This document shows, piece by piece, positions 35,079 to 43,815 of a DNA stretch of 64,000 nt; position 1 is the stretch's first letter; each line of letters starts with the position of its first letter. The DNA is from Candidatus Nealsonbacteria bacterium. GTDB taxonomy: Bacteria; Patescibacteriota; Minisyncoccia; Minisyncoccales; JANBVM01. Under the pieces are notes generated by a model. The model was not told where the DNA came from and searched no databases. It saw only the letters and a list, made by a program, of their open reading frames with translations. Made by a program: the position numbers and the translations under genes. Where the stretch lies: the NCBI GenBank assembly GCA_047456315.1, contig CP179889.1, positions 56,966 through 120,965 of the forward strand. The letters are read 5' to 3'.

Positions 35079-35717
35079 TTAAAATGGTAACCTGGAACGG
35101 GGAACTCTTGGAAGAACTTTGTCGTGAGGAGCTACCTCTTTACGTATTAAAAGAAGCAGTAAAGCTGAAACAAAAGTAAAAGCACTTACTAAAACAAAAA
35201 TAATTTTAAAACCAAATATTGCAACTAAAATACCACCTGTAGCGCCTGCAATTCCTGAGCCAAAACCCAGTGCAGTGCTTCTTAATCCCCACTCATATGC
35301 CTCCTCTCCCTTATCAATGTGTCTTGTAAACACAGCCGACCAAGAAGGTATTACCATGGCCATAGCAACAGCCTGAACACATTGAGCAGCATAGATGTGC
35401 AAAGGTTCTGATGAAAACATAAAAATAAAAGGAACAAAAGCGCTTAAAAATGTTCCAGAAAACATAAACCAAAAATCATCCTGCTCGCCATGGTTTTTAT
35501 CTAAATATCTGCCAATTGGAATCTGGAGAATTGATTTTAATAGCCAATAAGTTAAAGAGGCAAAACCAGCAACCTGAGCAGCATGAGCAGTACTGTCAAT
35601 GGCAATATTTTGAACAATAAATATTGCAAAGATAGGACCAACAAATCCCCAGCCAGCAGCCATTACAAGGTCGCTTGTTATCAGAACTCTAATAATTTTG
35701 TTAATAGATTTTGACAT
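35079..35717 (-). CDS. half-size (6-TM) MFS transporter
   Basis: QIPIGRYLDK motif A, six TM segments; start MSKS at 35717 after TATAAT. Confidence 0.8.
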   Translation of the reverse strand: MSKSINKIIRVLITSDLVMAAGWGFVGPIFAIFIVQNIAIDSTAHAAQVAGFASLTYWLLKSILQIPIGRYLDKNHGEQDDFWFMFSGTFLSAFVPFIFMFSSEPLHIYAAQCVQAVAMAMVIPSWSAVFTRHIDKGEEAYEWGLRSTALGFGSGIAGATGGILVAIFGFKIIFVLVSAFTFVSALLLLLIRKEVAPHDKVLPRVPRSRLPF

Positions 35718-35855
35718 ATTCTTTATTATACTAAGTCCTTGTTTTAATCTCAAACCTTGCTAGATAATAATAAAAAGGGGCCGAGGGATAATCCTCGACT
35801 TTTTAAAAGACTATATCTCTATATTCAAAATAACAGCTACGTATAAACTGTCAAT

Positions 35856-36884
35856 CTATAACTTATCTTTCTCTATAAACTCACCAACTCTTTCAATCTT
35901 CTTAGAAAACATATCTTTAAAAAATCCCACTCCAACCCGAAACACTATTATAATTCCAAGCAAAGCAACTAATAGCTCTGCTCCTCTGATTATCATTGTA
36001 AAAGCAGTTGCTGATGAAAGAGTCAGCCCTAAAGATTTAAAAGCAAAAATTTGAATTACTTCATGAGAACCTAAAGATGTAGGAATTGGAATCATTGCTG
36101 CTAAATATGTAAAACCTAAAACAGACAGCGATGATAAAAATTCAATATTTCTTCCTAAAAAAAGAATCAAAACCCAGGCCCTTAAACACATTACCCCTGC
36201 CCGTAAAAATGAAAGGGTAAAGCTTTTTTTCATGAATTTATTTTCCCATTTGAAAAAATCAAAAATCTCCTTTTCAGCTTCAAAAAGAAGATTGTTCTGA
36301 TTGTATTCTTTAAAACCGCTGACTTTAAAAAGAAACCTAACAATGCTTTCTTTTTTTGAAACTTTAAAATAGAAATATGCGATTGCTAAAAAGAAAGCTA
36401 AAAATATACTGCCAAAAATCATTAACAAGTTTTTAGAAGGCAGACCTATTTTATAAAGAAAATAAAAGCTTCCTAAAACAATTACTATTAAGTTAATTGT
36501 CCACTCTAGAATTCTGTCAATAAAAACAGAAGCCATTATTTTTGACCAAGCAACTTTGTTTTTCCTTCTTATAATATAGCCTCTTAAAAGCTCCCCAGCC
36601 CAAACAAGCACAGGGGCTAAAAACATTACAGAAAAACCGGCTAAAAAAGCCTTGAAAAGCTCAAAAAATGAAATCTCAACATCTTGAGCTTTTAAGATTA
36701 CCTGCCATTTTCTATTACCAATAAGCAATACAAGAAGCGTTAAAGAAAAAATAATTATACCGTGAATACCAGTAAAAAGCAGAAAAGCAGAACTTATTTC
36801 GCTCCAGCCAACAGTTTTTCCAATCCATAAAAAAATTCCGATTCCAATGAAAAGAGAAATTAAAAAAAGAAACAGTTTTTTCAT
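35856..36884 (-). CDS. lysylphosphatidylglycerol synthase TM / UPF0104 flippase-like protein
   Basis: KWQVIL, P..AGELLR, DRILE, PIPTSLGSHE, IRG. Confidence 0.85.
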   Translation of the reverse strand: MKKLFLFLISLFIGIGIFLWIGKTVGWSEISSAFLLFTGIHGIIIFSLTLLVLLIGNRKWQVILKAQDVEISFFELFKAFLAGFSVMFLAPVLVWAGELLRGYIIRRKNKVAWSKIMASVFIDRILEWTINLIVIVLGSFYFLYKIGLPSKNLLMIFGSIFLAFFLAIAYFYFKVSKKESIVRFLFKVSGFKEYNQNNLLFEAEKEIFDFFKWENKFMKKSFTLSFLRAGVMCLRAWVLILFLGRNIEFLSSLSVLGFTYLAAMIPIPTSLGSHEVIQIFAFKSLGLTLSSATAFTMIIRGAELLVALLGIIIVFRVGVGFFKDMFSKKIERVGEFIEKDKL

Positions 36885-36972
36885 ATTCTAAATTATATCA
36901 GCAATAAAAAGTAAAACAAAACTCCTCAAAATCAAGGAGTTCTGTTTCCTTTACGCCTCAATCTATTAATAA

Positions 36973-37060
36973 TTAAATTCCACCGTATAGTTTCTGAATC
37001 CCTTCTATATCGCCACTCTCAAAAACTGTTTCTTTTTTTTATTCCCTCTTTTTTAGAAAG
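36973..37060 (-). pseudogene. frameshifted 3' relic of a matrixin (M10) peptidase gene
   Basis: GIKKR / ESGDIEGIQKLYGGI* resembles the matrixin C-terminal DIxGIQxLYG motif. Confidence 0.45.
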
Positions 37061-37062
37061 AT

Positions 37063-38016
37063 TCATTCTATTCTAACCCCTTCAGCTAGAATCTTTGCTT
37101 TAATTATGACGCCTCCTGTCTTTTCTATCGCTTTTTCTACATTATGAAAATTTTCTTTACTAGTTATAGCAATCATACAATCCCCTCCACCAGCTCCTGA
37201 TAGTTTAGCACCATAAGCACCAGCATCTAAAGCTGCTTTTATTAAACCCTCAAGCTCTTTAGAACTAACATCAAGTTTTCTTAAAAAATCCTGGTTTAAA
37301 TTCATAAGTTTTCCAACTTGTTTCCAATTTTCAGTTTTCAATTCATTTCTTGCCAAATTCACAATATTTTCAATCTCATTAAAAATATTATTTATTTTAT
37401 CAGGGTCTTTTGACTTTTTCTCAGAAACCATTTTCACTAAAGTTGGCGTATCAGCTTTAATACCAGTATAACCAATAACTAAAGGAATGCTTTTAATATC
37501 AATAGGTTTAATAATTTCCCCGCCTGTTTTAAAAAATAAGATTCCTCCATAAACTGCAGCTGCCACATCAAACCCTGAGCCCAATCCCTGAACATCTAAA
37601 ACAGTCTTATATGAAAGATTAAAGATTTCTTTTTCATTCATCTTTATCTTAAATAACTCTGATAGTCCTTTAATAGCTGCCACAACCACAGCAGAAGAAC
37701 TACCCAGACCAATCTTATCTGAAAATTCACTTTTAGTTTTAATATCCAGGCCGGATTTAACATCATATTTTTTAAAAAAATTCCTTATGGCAGTTAAAAT
37801 AAAGCTCACCTTTTTAAGATGAGTTTTTTCTAAATCAGATATATTTTTATTCTCAATATTAAGCTCTGGTGCATCTAGAATAAGGTTGTTGTCATTTCTT
37901 TTTTCAATAGAAACACTAATTCTATGCTCAACAGAAGCCACAATACATGGCTTATTATAAATAACAGCGTGTTCACCAAATAGCATTAGTTTTCCTGGTG
38001 CTGAAGTTTTAATCAT
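37063..38016 (-). CDS. GHMP kinase, probable phosphomevalonate kinase (mevalonate kinase paralog)
   Basis: SAPGKLMLFGEHAV, GLGSSSA, GSGFDVAAAVYGG, KLSGAGGGDC. Confidence 0.8.
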   Translation of the reverse strand: MIKTSAPGKLMLFGEHAVIYNKPCIVASVEHRISVSIEKRNDNNLILDAPELNIENKNISDLEKTHLKKVSFILTAIRNFFKKYDVKSGLDIKTKSEFSDKIGLGSSSAVVVAAIKGLSELFKIKMNEKEIFNLSYKTVLDVQGLGSGFDVAAAVYGGILFFKTGGEIIKPIDIKSIPLVIGYTGIKADTPTLVKMVSEKKSKDPDKINNIFNEIENIVNLARNELKTENWKQVGKLMNLNQDFLRKLDVSSKELEGLIKAALDAGAYGAKLSGAGGGDCMIAITSKENFHNVEKAIEKTGGVIIKAKILAEGVRIE

Positions 38017-38017
38017 C

Positions 38018-39010
38018 TTAAAACAAATGTTTCTTAATTAATTCTGGACCTTGTCCGGGCTTACAAATAATAACTTGTTTTACACCATTAAGAGATTGCA
38101 GTCTCTTTTTAACTTCTTCAGCCTGATTTTCTAAACAAATAACCTTAACCTGAGGGCCAGCGTCTATAGTAAAATAACACTCTAAACCTTGTTCTCTCCA
38201 TTCTAATATTGAGTGTATTATTTTTAATGTTACTGGATGCCAATAAATTATTGGAGGATTTGTTGTAATCATTGTTGAATGCATTTTTAAGCAATTCATC
38301 TCAGCTGTGCTTCCAACCAGAGTAATGTCTTTTTTAAGAATGCCTTGCTTTACGTTATCTAAATCTCTTTCTATTGTATTAAGCCAGGATTTATACATAG
38401 GTGAAGTTTCAACAGTTTTAGCCATGCCAGCACGGCTGGAAACTTTCTTGGCTTTAGTTGAAACAATAGTGACAATCATTCGAAATTCTGGCCAATAATC
38501 AGCGAGAGCAATTTGTTTAGCGTAACTGTCAGTCCCGTTTCGTTTTTCTCCTTTAACCCACTCTACAAATCCCTCTAAACAGCTTCTCGTAGAGGAACCG
38601 CTTCCCTGACGAGAAACAATAGATAATTCCTTTGAATCTAAATTCATTCCAAGTGCTTTTGTTGCAGCAAGGGTTAGGGCTGCAAAGCCTGAAGCTGAGC
38701 TTGCCAATCCTGCTGCTGTTGGAAAATTGTTTTTGCTGACAATTCTTGCTTTTTTATTAACTCCTGCTATTTTTTTGATTAAATCCAGATGACGGATTAA
38801 CTTTTCCAGTTCTTTCCCTTTTTTGATTTCCTGACCATCTAGAATAAAAACATCTTGGTCATATCCATTAAACTCAACGGTTGTAATAGTGCTTAATCCA
38901 TCCAAAGTCAAAGAAATAGAGCTGTTATAAGGCAAGAATAGTTCTGGATCTCTTTTGCCCCAGTATTTTACAAGAGCAATATTGGCATTAGCTATAGCTG
39001 TTTTTTTCAT
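38018..39010 (-). CDS. mvaD: diphosphomevalonate decarboxylase
   Basis: NIALVKYWGK, PTAAGLASSASG, RQGSGSSTRS, FTIDAGPQV. Confidence 0.93.
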   Translation of the reverse strand: MKKTAIANANIALVKYWGKRDPELFLPYNSSISLTLDGLSTITTVEFNGYDQDVFILDGQEIKKGKELEKLIRHLDLIKKIAGVNKKARIVSKNNFPTAAGLASSASGFAALTLAATKALGMNLDSKELSIVSRQGSGSSTRSCLEGFVEWVKGEKRNGTDSYAKQIALADYWPEFRMIVTIVSTKAKKVSSRAGMAKTVETSPMYKSWLNTIERDLDNVKQGILKKDITLVGSTAEMNCLKMHSTMITTNPPIIYWHPVTLKIIHSILEWREQGLECYFTIDAGPQVKVICLENQAEEVKKRLQSLNGVKQVIICKPGQGPELIKKHLF

Positions 39011-40020
39011 ATAATCTCAACTCCTTTTACTCCAATTTTTGCCTGGAAAGACTTAAAACCATTGTTCCTGAAAACATTTTTTAAGTTAAGTATGCTTTCT
39101 TTATCTTTTGTCAAAATCAAGCAGCACCCTCCGCCCCAGGCCCCGGTTGGCTTGACTCCCAGGGCATTGTTTTCTAAAGCAATCTCAACTATTTTATCTA
39201 GTTCGGGAATTGAAATATCTAACTTTTTTAACTCTTTGTAATACTGCGTCATTAAAACGCCCAAATCATTTAAGTTTTTTGAAATTAAAACATTTAAAGC
39301 TTTTTTTGAAATATCATCTAAAGAATTCAAAACAGAATTAACAAACCGAGGATTTTCTTCTCTTTGTTTTCTAACAAAAGAAACCATCTCAGATGTTTTA
39401 ACTTTTTTATCACTATCAACTATTAACAAGGGAATTTCAAAGTTAATTGTTAAAGGATCCACGCCTTCTGACTTTTTATACTTTACATAGCCCCCAAAAG
39501 TAACAGCATTATTATCAATACCAGAAGGAGTGCCTCCGTGAGCTATTACATCGCCCTGGTAGGCAAAATCAGAAACATCTGTTTTAGAAAAATCTTTTGT
39601 TAAATAGTTTAGCGCTCCTAAACTAATGGCTGAGAAAACTGATGAGCTTGAGCCTAAGTTCTTGGGCACTTGAGAATTAATTTCAATATCTAAACCCTTA
39701 AATCCATGTTTTTGAAAAATACTGCTGAGAACAAAAAAGCTTGGAATTAATTCATTGTCCTTATAAATTTCTTTTATTTTATCAAAGTTCTTTTCTTTTA
39801 TGAGAACGCTTATTTCTTTATATAAGTCAAAAAGCTCTTTTTCTTTTAAAGAGCGGTTCATATTCAAGTTTTTGGAATTTATTAAAACTACTCCCTTATC
39901 AGAAAGAGAAAACCTTACATTGCACCTTTTATCAATGCTACAAGCAATGCCTAGTTTATCATAAACAACTGCATGTTCTCCAAACAGAATGATTTTACCC
40001 GGAGAAGATGTAGTTATCAT
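39007..40020 (-). CDS. mvk: mevalonate kinase
   Basis: PGKIILFGEHAVVY, LGSSSS, HGGTPSGIDN, KPTGAWGGGC. Confidence 0.88.
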   Translation of the reverse strand: MITTSSPGKIILFGEHAVVYDKLGIACSIDKRCNVRFSLSDKGVVLINSKNLNMNRSLKEKELFDLYKEISVLIKEKNFDKIKEIYKDNELIPSFFVLSSIFQKHGFKGLDIEINSQVPKNLGSSSSVFSAISLGALNYLTKDFSKTDVSDFAYQGDVIAHGGTPSGIDNNAVTFGGYVKYKKSEGVDPLTINFEIPLLIVDSDKKVKTSEMVSFVRKQREENPRFVNSVLNSLDDISKKALNVLISKNLNDLGVLMTQYYKELKKLDISIPELDKIVEIALENNALGVKPTGAWGGGCCLILTKDKESILNLKNVFRNNGFKSFQAKIGVKGVEII

Positions 40021-40040
40021 TCTTAAAGATTATCAATAAT

Positions 40041-40790
40041 TCAAAATAATGCAAACCTGGCTTCAAGAAAAGATTCCACCTCTAAAGCAACATTGTCCCA
40101 GCTATAATAATGACCAGGCAGATAAAGGGCTTCTGAAAAAGAAAGTTCTTCTCGTAAAATCTGAGCTGAAATCCATTTGCAAGGTGATTTCAAAAAAGCG
40201 GAAATCAGTATCTTTAAATTCATCTCAGAAAGAGCATCTTTGCCTTTATTGTTGAGCAAAAGAACATTGTCAGAATCTAAAACCTTTTCCCAGAAAGGAG
40301 TGCCCACTTCAACAGCAAAAACACTGTTCCTTTGATTTTCTGAAACCTTCATTATTGTTCTGTTAACAAATATTGCTCCATTTGAGAGCCCAGCCATAAT
40401 TATCTTATTCTCAGGATGACTCTTTATAAACACCTCAATCTCATTAGCTAGTTTTTGAGACTGCTTGGGAAATAAGCTCAATGTTTCCCTAACTCCCTCA
40501 ACTCTGCCTAAAAAACTCTCTTTGGTTCTTGTGTAAGGAACAACTATTGAATTGTATCCTAAATGACTTAAGGTCTCTTGAATACCATCAATAATTGGAG
40601 TAAGGTCGCTGGCCTCTTCTGGAGGCGTATCTCCCCAGCCGCCAGAGTTAAAAATAATAACTATATTATTTTCTGAAATTGAACTTAAAGCAGCTTCAAA
40701 CCTTGAATTATCAGGAACTTCCCCTAATAGAAAAAACAATCCTGTTAAAAGGATTATGAAGGTAATTAATTTTGTATTTTTTCTGTTCAT
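40041..40790 (-). CDS. secreted/anchored alpha/beta-hydrolase-like protein
   Basis: N-terminal TM, GLSNG nucleophile-elbow-like motif, late D and GHYY. Confidence 0.6.
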   Translation of the reverse strand: MNRKNTKLITFIILLTGLFFLLGEVPDNSRFEAALSSISENNIVIIFNSGGWGDTPPEEASDLTPIIDGIQETLSHLGYNSIVVPYTRTKESFLGRVEGVRETLSLFPKQSQKLANEIEVFIKSHPENKIIMAGLSNGAIFVNRTIMKVSENQRNSVFAVEVGTPFWEKVLDSDNVLLLNNKGKDALSEMNLKILISAFLKSPCKWISAQILREELSFSEALYLPGHYYSWDNVALEVESFLEARFALF

Positions 40791-40793
40791 TGG

Positions 40794-42104
40794 TTATTTA
40801 TAGAACTTTTTTTTCATTTCGTCCATAAGCTTAAAATTTGTTTCATTATCAGAAATCTCAAAAGCCCATTCCCAGATTGGAGCGGCAGAAAATTTCTTAT
40901 TCTTTTTCTCGTATATAAGAGCCTGGAGTAAAACTGCCATAACGTTTAATTGTGAGAGAAAACGACCCTCAACAGTGCTTTTGGTCCTATATTCATGCCA
41001 AAGGTTAAATATCTCTTTTCTGGAAGGACCTCTTAATCTCAAACTAAGCCTTTTAAAAGCTTTTTTTTCTTTTTTAAAATCTTCAATATACTTTCTCATC
41101 TTTTCTTTTTTTGAAAGCCGTGGCCATTTTTTCAGAATCTTTTTTTCTTTTCCTTTTGATTTACTTAGAATCCTATCGTAAGGAGTTGAATCGCCGGTGT
41201 AAACAGCAGAAATCTCATGGATTAAAGCCATTTTAAGAAGTTTCTCTGTATTATAGGTTCTTTTTTTAGGGCTTCCAAAAAGCCAAGCCATTAAACTCAG
41301 TGTAAAAATATGCTCTGCAACTGTTTCAGGATTTTTCACATCTCTAACTGTCCAGTATAAACGAGGCATATGTTTTAACTTTCCTATCTCTAAAAGAAAA
41401 TCTAAAATACGTATCAATTCTTTTTCTCTTTTTTTAAAATATTTTGAAACTTTAACTTTTTCTCCAAAAACTCTTCTATAGCGACGATAAAGCCTTCTTT
41501 TAATGACAGCCAAGAAATCTAAAAGCAAAGGGTCTTCCACTACTTCTTCAGTCCCTTCCCACCAACTATCTCCTCCTATGCTCTTATCGCTCCCGAAGTA
41601 TTCAATTGACTGAAGAAGAGTTTCGATTCTGTCTAACTGTCTAACAAATTTTGCCTCTTTACTTATCCTTTTTTCATTATCATACCAATGAGAATAAAGT
41701 TCATTTCTTAATTTTGTTTCAAGGGAGCCAGTTAATTTTAAAAAAGCTTTTTTTTCTCTCCTGAATTTTACCTTCTCTCTTTTTTCTTTTTCATTTTTTG
41801 AAAGACGCACCCATTTCATTAATAACTCTTTATCTTTTTTCTTTTTCACGGAAAGTCCTTGATAATAACCAAAAGGAGTGATATCTCCAGTATAAACTTC
41901 AGCAAGTTCATGAAAAAGAGCAATTTTAATTGCTCTTTCTACGTTTAATCCGGCTTTTTCACCCATTAACCAAGCAGTAACTGCAACCCGAAAAGTATGA
42001 CCTGCAATTGATTCTGGATTCTTAACCCCCAGTAAAACCCAACCGGTTCGAGGCATTTCTTTTAATTTATTCACCTCAGTTAAAAATTTGAGAGTATTTT
42101 TCAT
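40794..42104 (-). CDS. tandem HD-domain (YfbR/HDDC2-like) phosphohydrolase
   Basis: Two homologous halves: LKEMPRTGW..ESIAGH..HELAEVYTGD and LKHMPRLYW..ETVAEH..HEISAVYTGD. Confidence 0.85.
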   Translation of the reverse strand: MKNTLKFLTEVNKLKEMPRTGWVLLGVKNPESIAGHTFRVAVTAWLMGEKAGLNVERAIKIALFHELAEVYTGDITPFGYYQGLSVKKKKDKELLMKWVRLSKNEKEKREKVKFRREKKAFLKLTGSLETKLRNELYSHWYDNEKRISKEAKFVRQLDRIETLLQSIEYFGSDKSIGGDSWWEGTEEVVEDPLLLDFLAVIKRRLYRRYRRVFGEKVKVSKYFKKREKELIRILDFLLEIGKLKHMPRLYWTVRDVKNPETVAEHIFTLSLMAWLFGSPKKRTYNTEKLLKMALIHEISAVYTGDSTPYDRILSKSKGKEKKILKKWPRLSKKEKMRKYIEDFKKEKKAFKRLSLRLRGPSRKEIFNLWHEYRTKSTVEGRFLSQLNVMAVLLQALIYEKKNKKFSAAPIWEWAFEISDNETNFKLMDEMKKKFYK

Positions 42105-42107
42105 GAG

Positions 42108-42581
42108 CTAAAATGAAAAATATTTAATTTTTTTAATTTTATAGGCTATTTCAATAGGCGAAGTAACTTCTATCGTTTCATTGACCTTATGTCCCAATAA
42201 AATTTTCCCTATTGGAGATGATGAAGAAATCTTGCCTTCGTTGGGATTGGCTTCTAGCGTGCCAACAATTGTAAACTCATTAATCTCGCCATCAGCTTCC
42301 TCTAAGGTAACTGTTGCCCCTAAATGAACAATATTGCGCTGGTTTTTTGGAGGCAGTTTAATCAACTCAATATTCTTTAAAACATGTTCTAATTCAACAA
42401 TTCTACTTTCTAAAAAACTCAAATCTTCCCGAAAGACAATGAATTCAGGATTTAGATCATCAGACTGCAAAAGCTGAGGAGATTCTCCTTTTGTTTTTGC
42501 CATTCTGATTCTTTTCAAATTTTCGTATTCTTTCTTTACTCTATCTATTCCTTTTTTTGTTAGATAGTATTTTTTTAGCAT
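42108..42581 (-). CDS. greA: GreA/GreB family transcription elongation factor (divergent tip)
   Basis: YYLTKKG..EYENLK, LESRIVELE, VHLGATV, IVGTLEANP..GKISSSSPIGKILLG; start MLKK at 42581. Confidence 0.85.
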   Translation of the reverse strand: MLKKYYLTKKGIDRVKKEYENLKRIRMAKTKGESPQLLQSDDLNPEFIVFREDLSFLESRIVELEHVLKNIELIKLPPKNQRNIVHLGATVTLEEADGEINEFTIVGTLEANPNEGKISSSSPIGKILLGHKVNETIEVTSPIEIAYKIKKIKYFSF

Positions 42582-42590
42582 ATGAACGTT

Positions 42591-42614
42591 AAAAGGCCTC
42601 ATGTTTTAGAGGCC
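42591..42614 (-). terminator. attenuator terminator in the greA leader
   Basis: Minus strand GGCCTC-TAAAACAT-GAGGCC-TTTT about 10 nt before the ATG. Confidence 0.7.
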
Positions 42615-42651
42615 CAGTAGATTTCTTTTATTTTTCAAATTCAGACCCTCG

Positions 42652-42771
42652 TCATTCTACTGAACCCGTCTTTGTTCTTGTTTTATAAATTGTAGTTAAA
42701 AAACAAATTACAAAATCAACAGAAAAAATGGTCTTAAAAATAAAAGGATTCAGTTTTTTTCTTTTAACCAT
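42652..42771 (-). CDS. putative greA leader peptide (39 aa)
   Basis: MVKRKKLNPFIFKTIFSVDFVICFLTTIYKTRTKTGSVE*, starting 17 nt after a perfect -10 box. Confidence 0.55.
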   Translation of the reverse strand: MVKRKKLNPFIFKTIFSVDFVICFLTTIYKTRTKTGSVE

Positions 42772-42788
42772 AGTAATTTAACACTTTT

Positions 42789-42816
42789 ATTATAGACAGA
42801 TAAAAACCTGTGTCAA
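42789..42816 (-). promoter_or_regulatory. consensus promoter TTGACA-N16-TATAAT
   Basis: Exact -35 and -10 hexamers. Confidence 0.85.
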
Positions 42817-42840
42817 GAACTCTTGTCTATATTCAAATAA

Positions 42841-43815
42841 TTAACTTGATTCTTCGCCTGTCAGATTTGACCACTTACCGCATCTGTCTCCCCAACGAGC
42901 AATAACTTTTCCATCTATTCTTGCCTCAATAACTTCGCATTGATTAGGACAGCCCTTACAATCAAAAGAAGTGCATTTAATATCCTTGTCAGAAATCTCA
43001 AAACCCAAGAATTTTGTTATTGATGGAGGATTCTCCTTAACTAAGAGAGCAACTCCAAAAGCTCCCATCACAGTATTGTATTCTGGAACAACAATCTTCT
43101 TTTCTAGAGCGTTTTCAAATGCTTTTCTCATTCCTATGTTCTCAGAAACTCCTCCTAAGAATATAACTGGGTCTTTGATATTCTTGCCCTTAGCTACATT
43201 AGCTAAAAAGTTTCTAGCCAAACCCTGACAAAGACCTGCTACAATATCTTCTATTTTATGACCAATCTGTTGTTTATGAATCATATCTGATTCGCAAAAC
43301 ACCGTACATCTCGAGCCGATAGTGGTTGGGTTTTCTGAACTCAAGGCCAGGCTCCCAAATTTTTCAATTGGGATTTTCAGTCGAAATGCCTGAGCATCAA
43401 GAAAGGATCCTGTACCCGCTGCACAAACGAGATTCATAGCAAAATCAACTGCTACTTTATCTTCTAAAATAATAATTTTTGAATCCTGTCCGCCAATTTC
43501 AATTATGGTTCTAGCATCAGGAACAATAAAAGAAGTTCCTTTGGCATGAGCAGTAATTTCATTTTTTATCAAGTCAGCGCCTGTTATTACGCCAGATAAA
43601 TGCCTGGCTGAACCTGTTGTCCCTACTCCAGCAATCTCAACTTCTAATTGACCTTGTTTAATTTTAGCCTTTAATCCTCTTAAACCTTCCTGAACAGCAG
43701 TAATTGGGTTTCCTTTTGTACGAAGATAAGAAGAGTAGATGATCTTGCTCTTATCATTAATTAAAACTATTTTCGTGGAGATAGAGCCCACATCAATACC
43801 TAAATATGTTTTCAT
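42841..43815 (-). CDS. 2-hydroxyacyl-CoA dehydratase activator-type ASKHA ATPase (BadF/BadG/BcrA/BcrD) with C-terminal Cys cluster
   Basis: GIDVGSISTK, NEITAH, EIGGQDSK, CAAGTG, RCTVF, CKGCPNQC...DRC. Confidence 0.9.
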   Translation of the reverse strand: MKTYLGIDVGSISTKIVLINDKSKIIYSSYLRTKGNPITAVQEGLRGLKAKIKQGQLEVEIAGVGTTGSARHLSGVITGADLIKNEITAHAKGTSFIVPDARTIIEIGGQDSKIIILEDKVAVDFAMNLVCAAGTGSFLDAQAFRLKIPIEKFGSLALSSENPTTIGSRCTVFCESDMIHKQQIGHKIEDIVAGLCQGLARNFLANVAKGKNIKDPVIFLGGVSENIGMRKAFENALEKKIVVPEYNTVMGAFGVALLVKENPPSITKFLGFEISDKDIKCTSFDCKGCPNQCEVIEARIDGKVIARWGDRCGKWSNLTGEESS

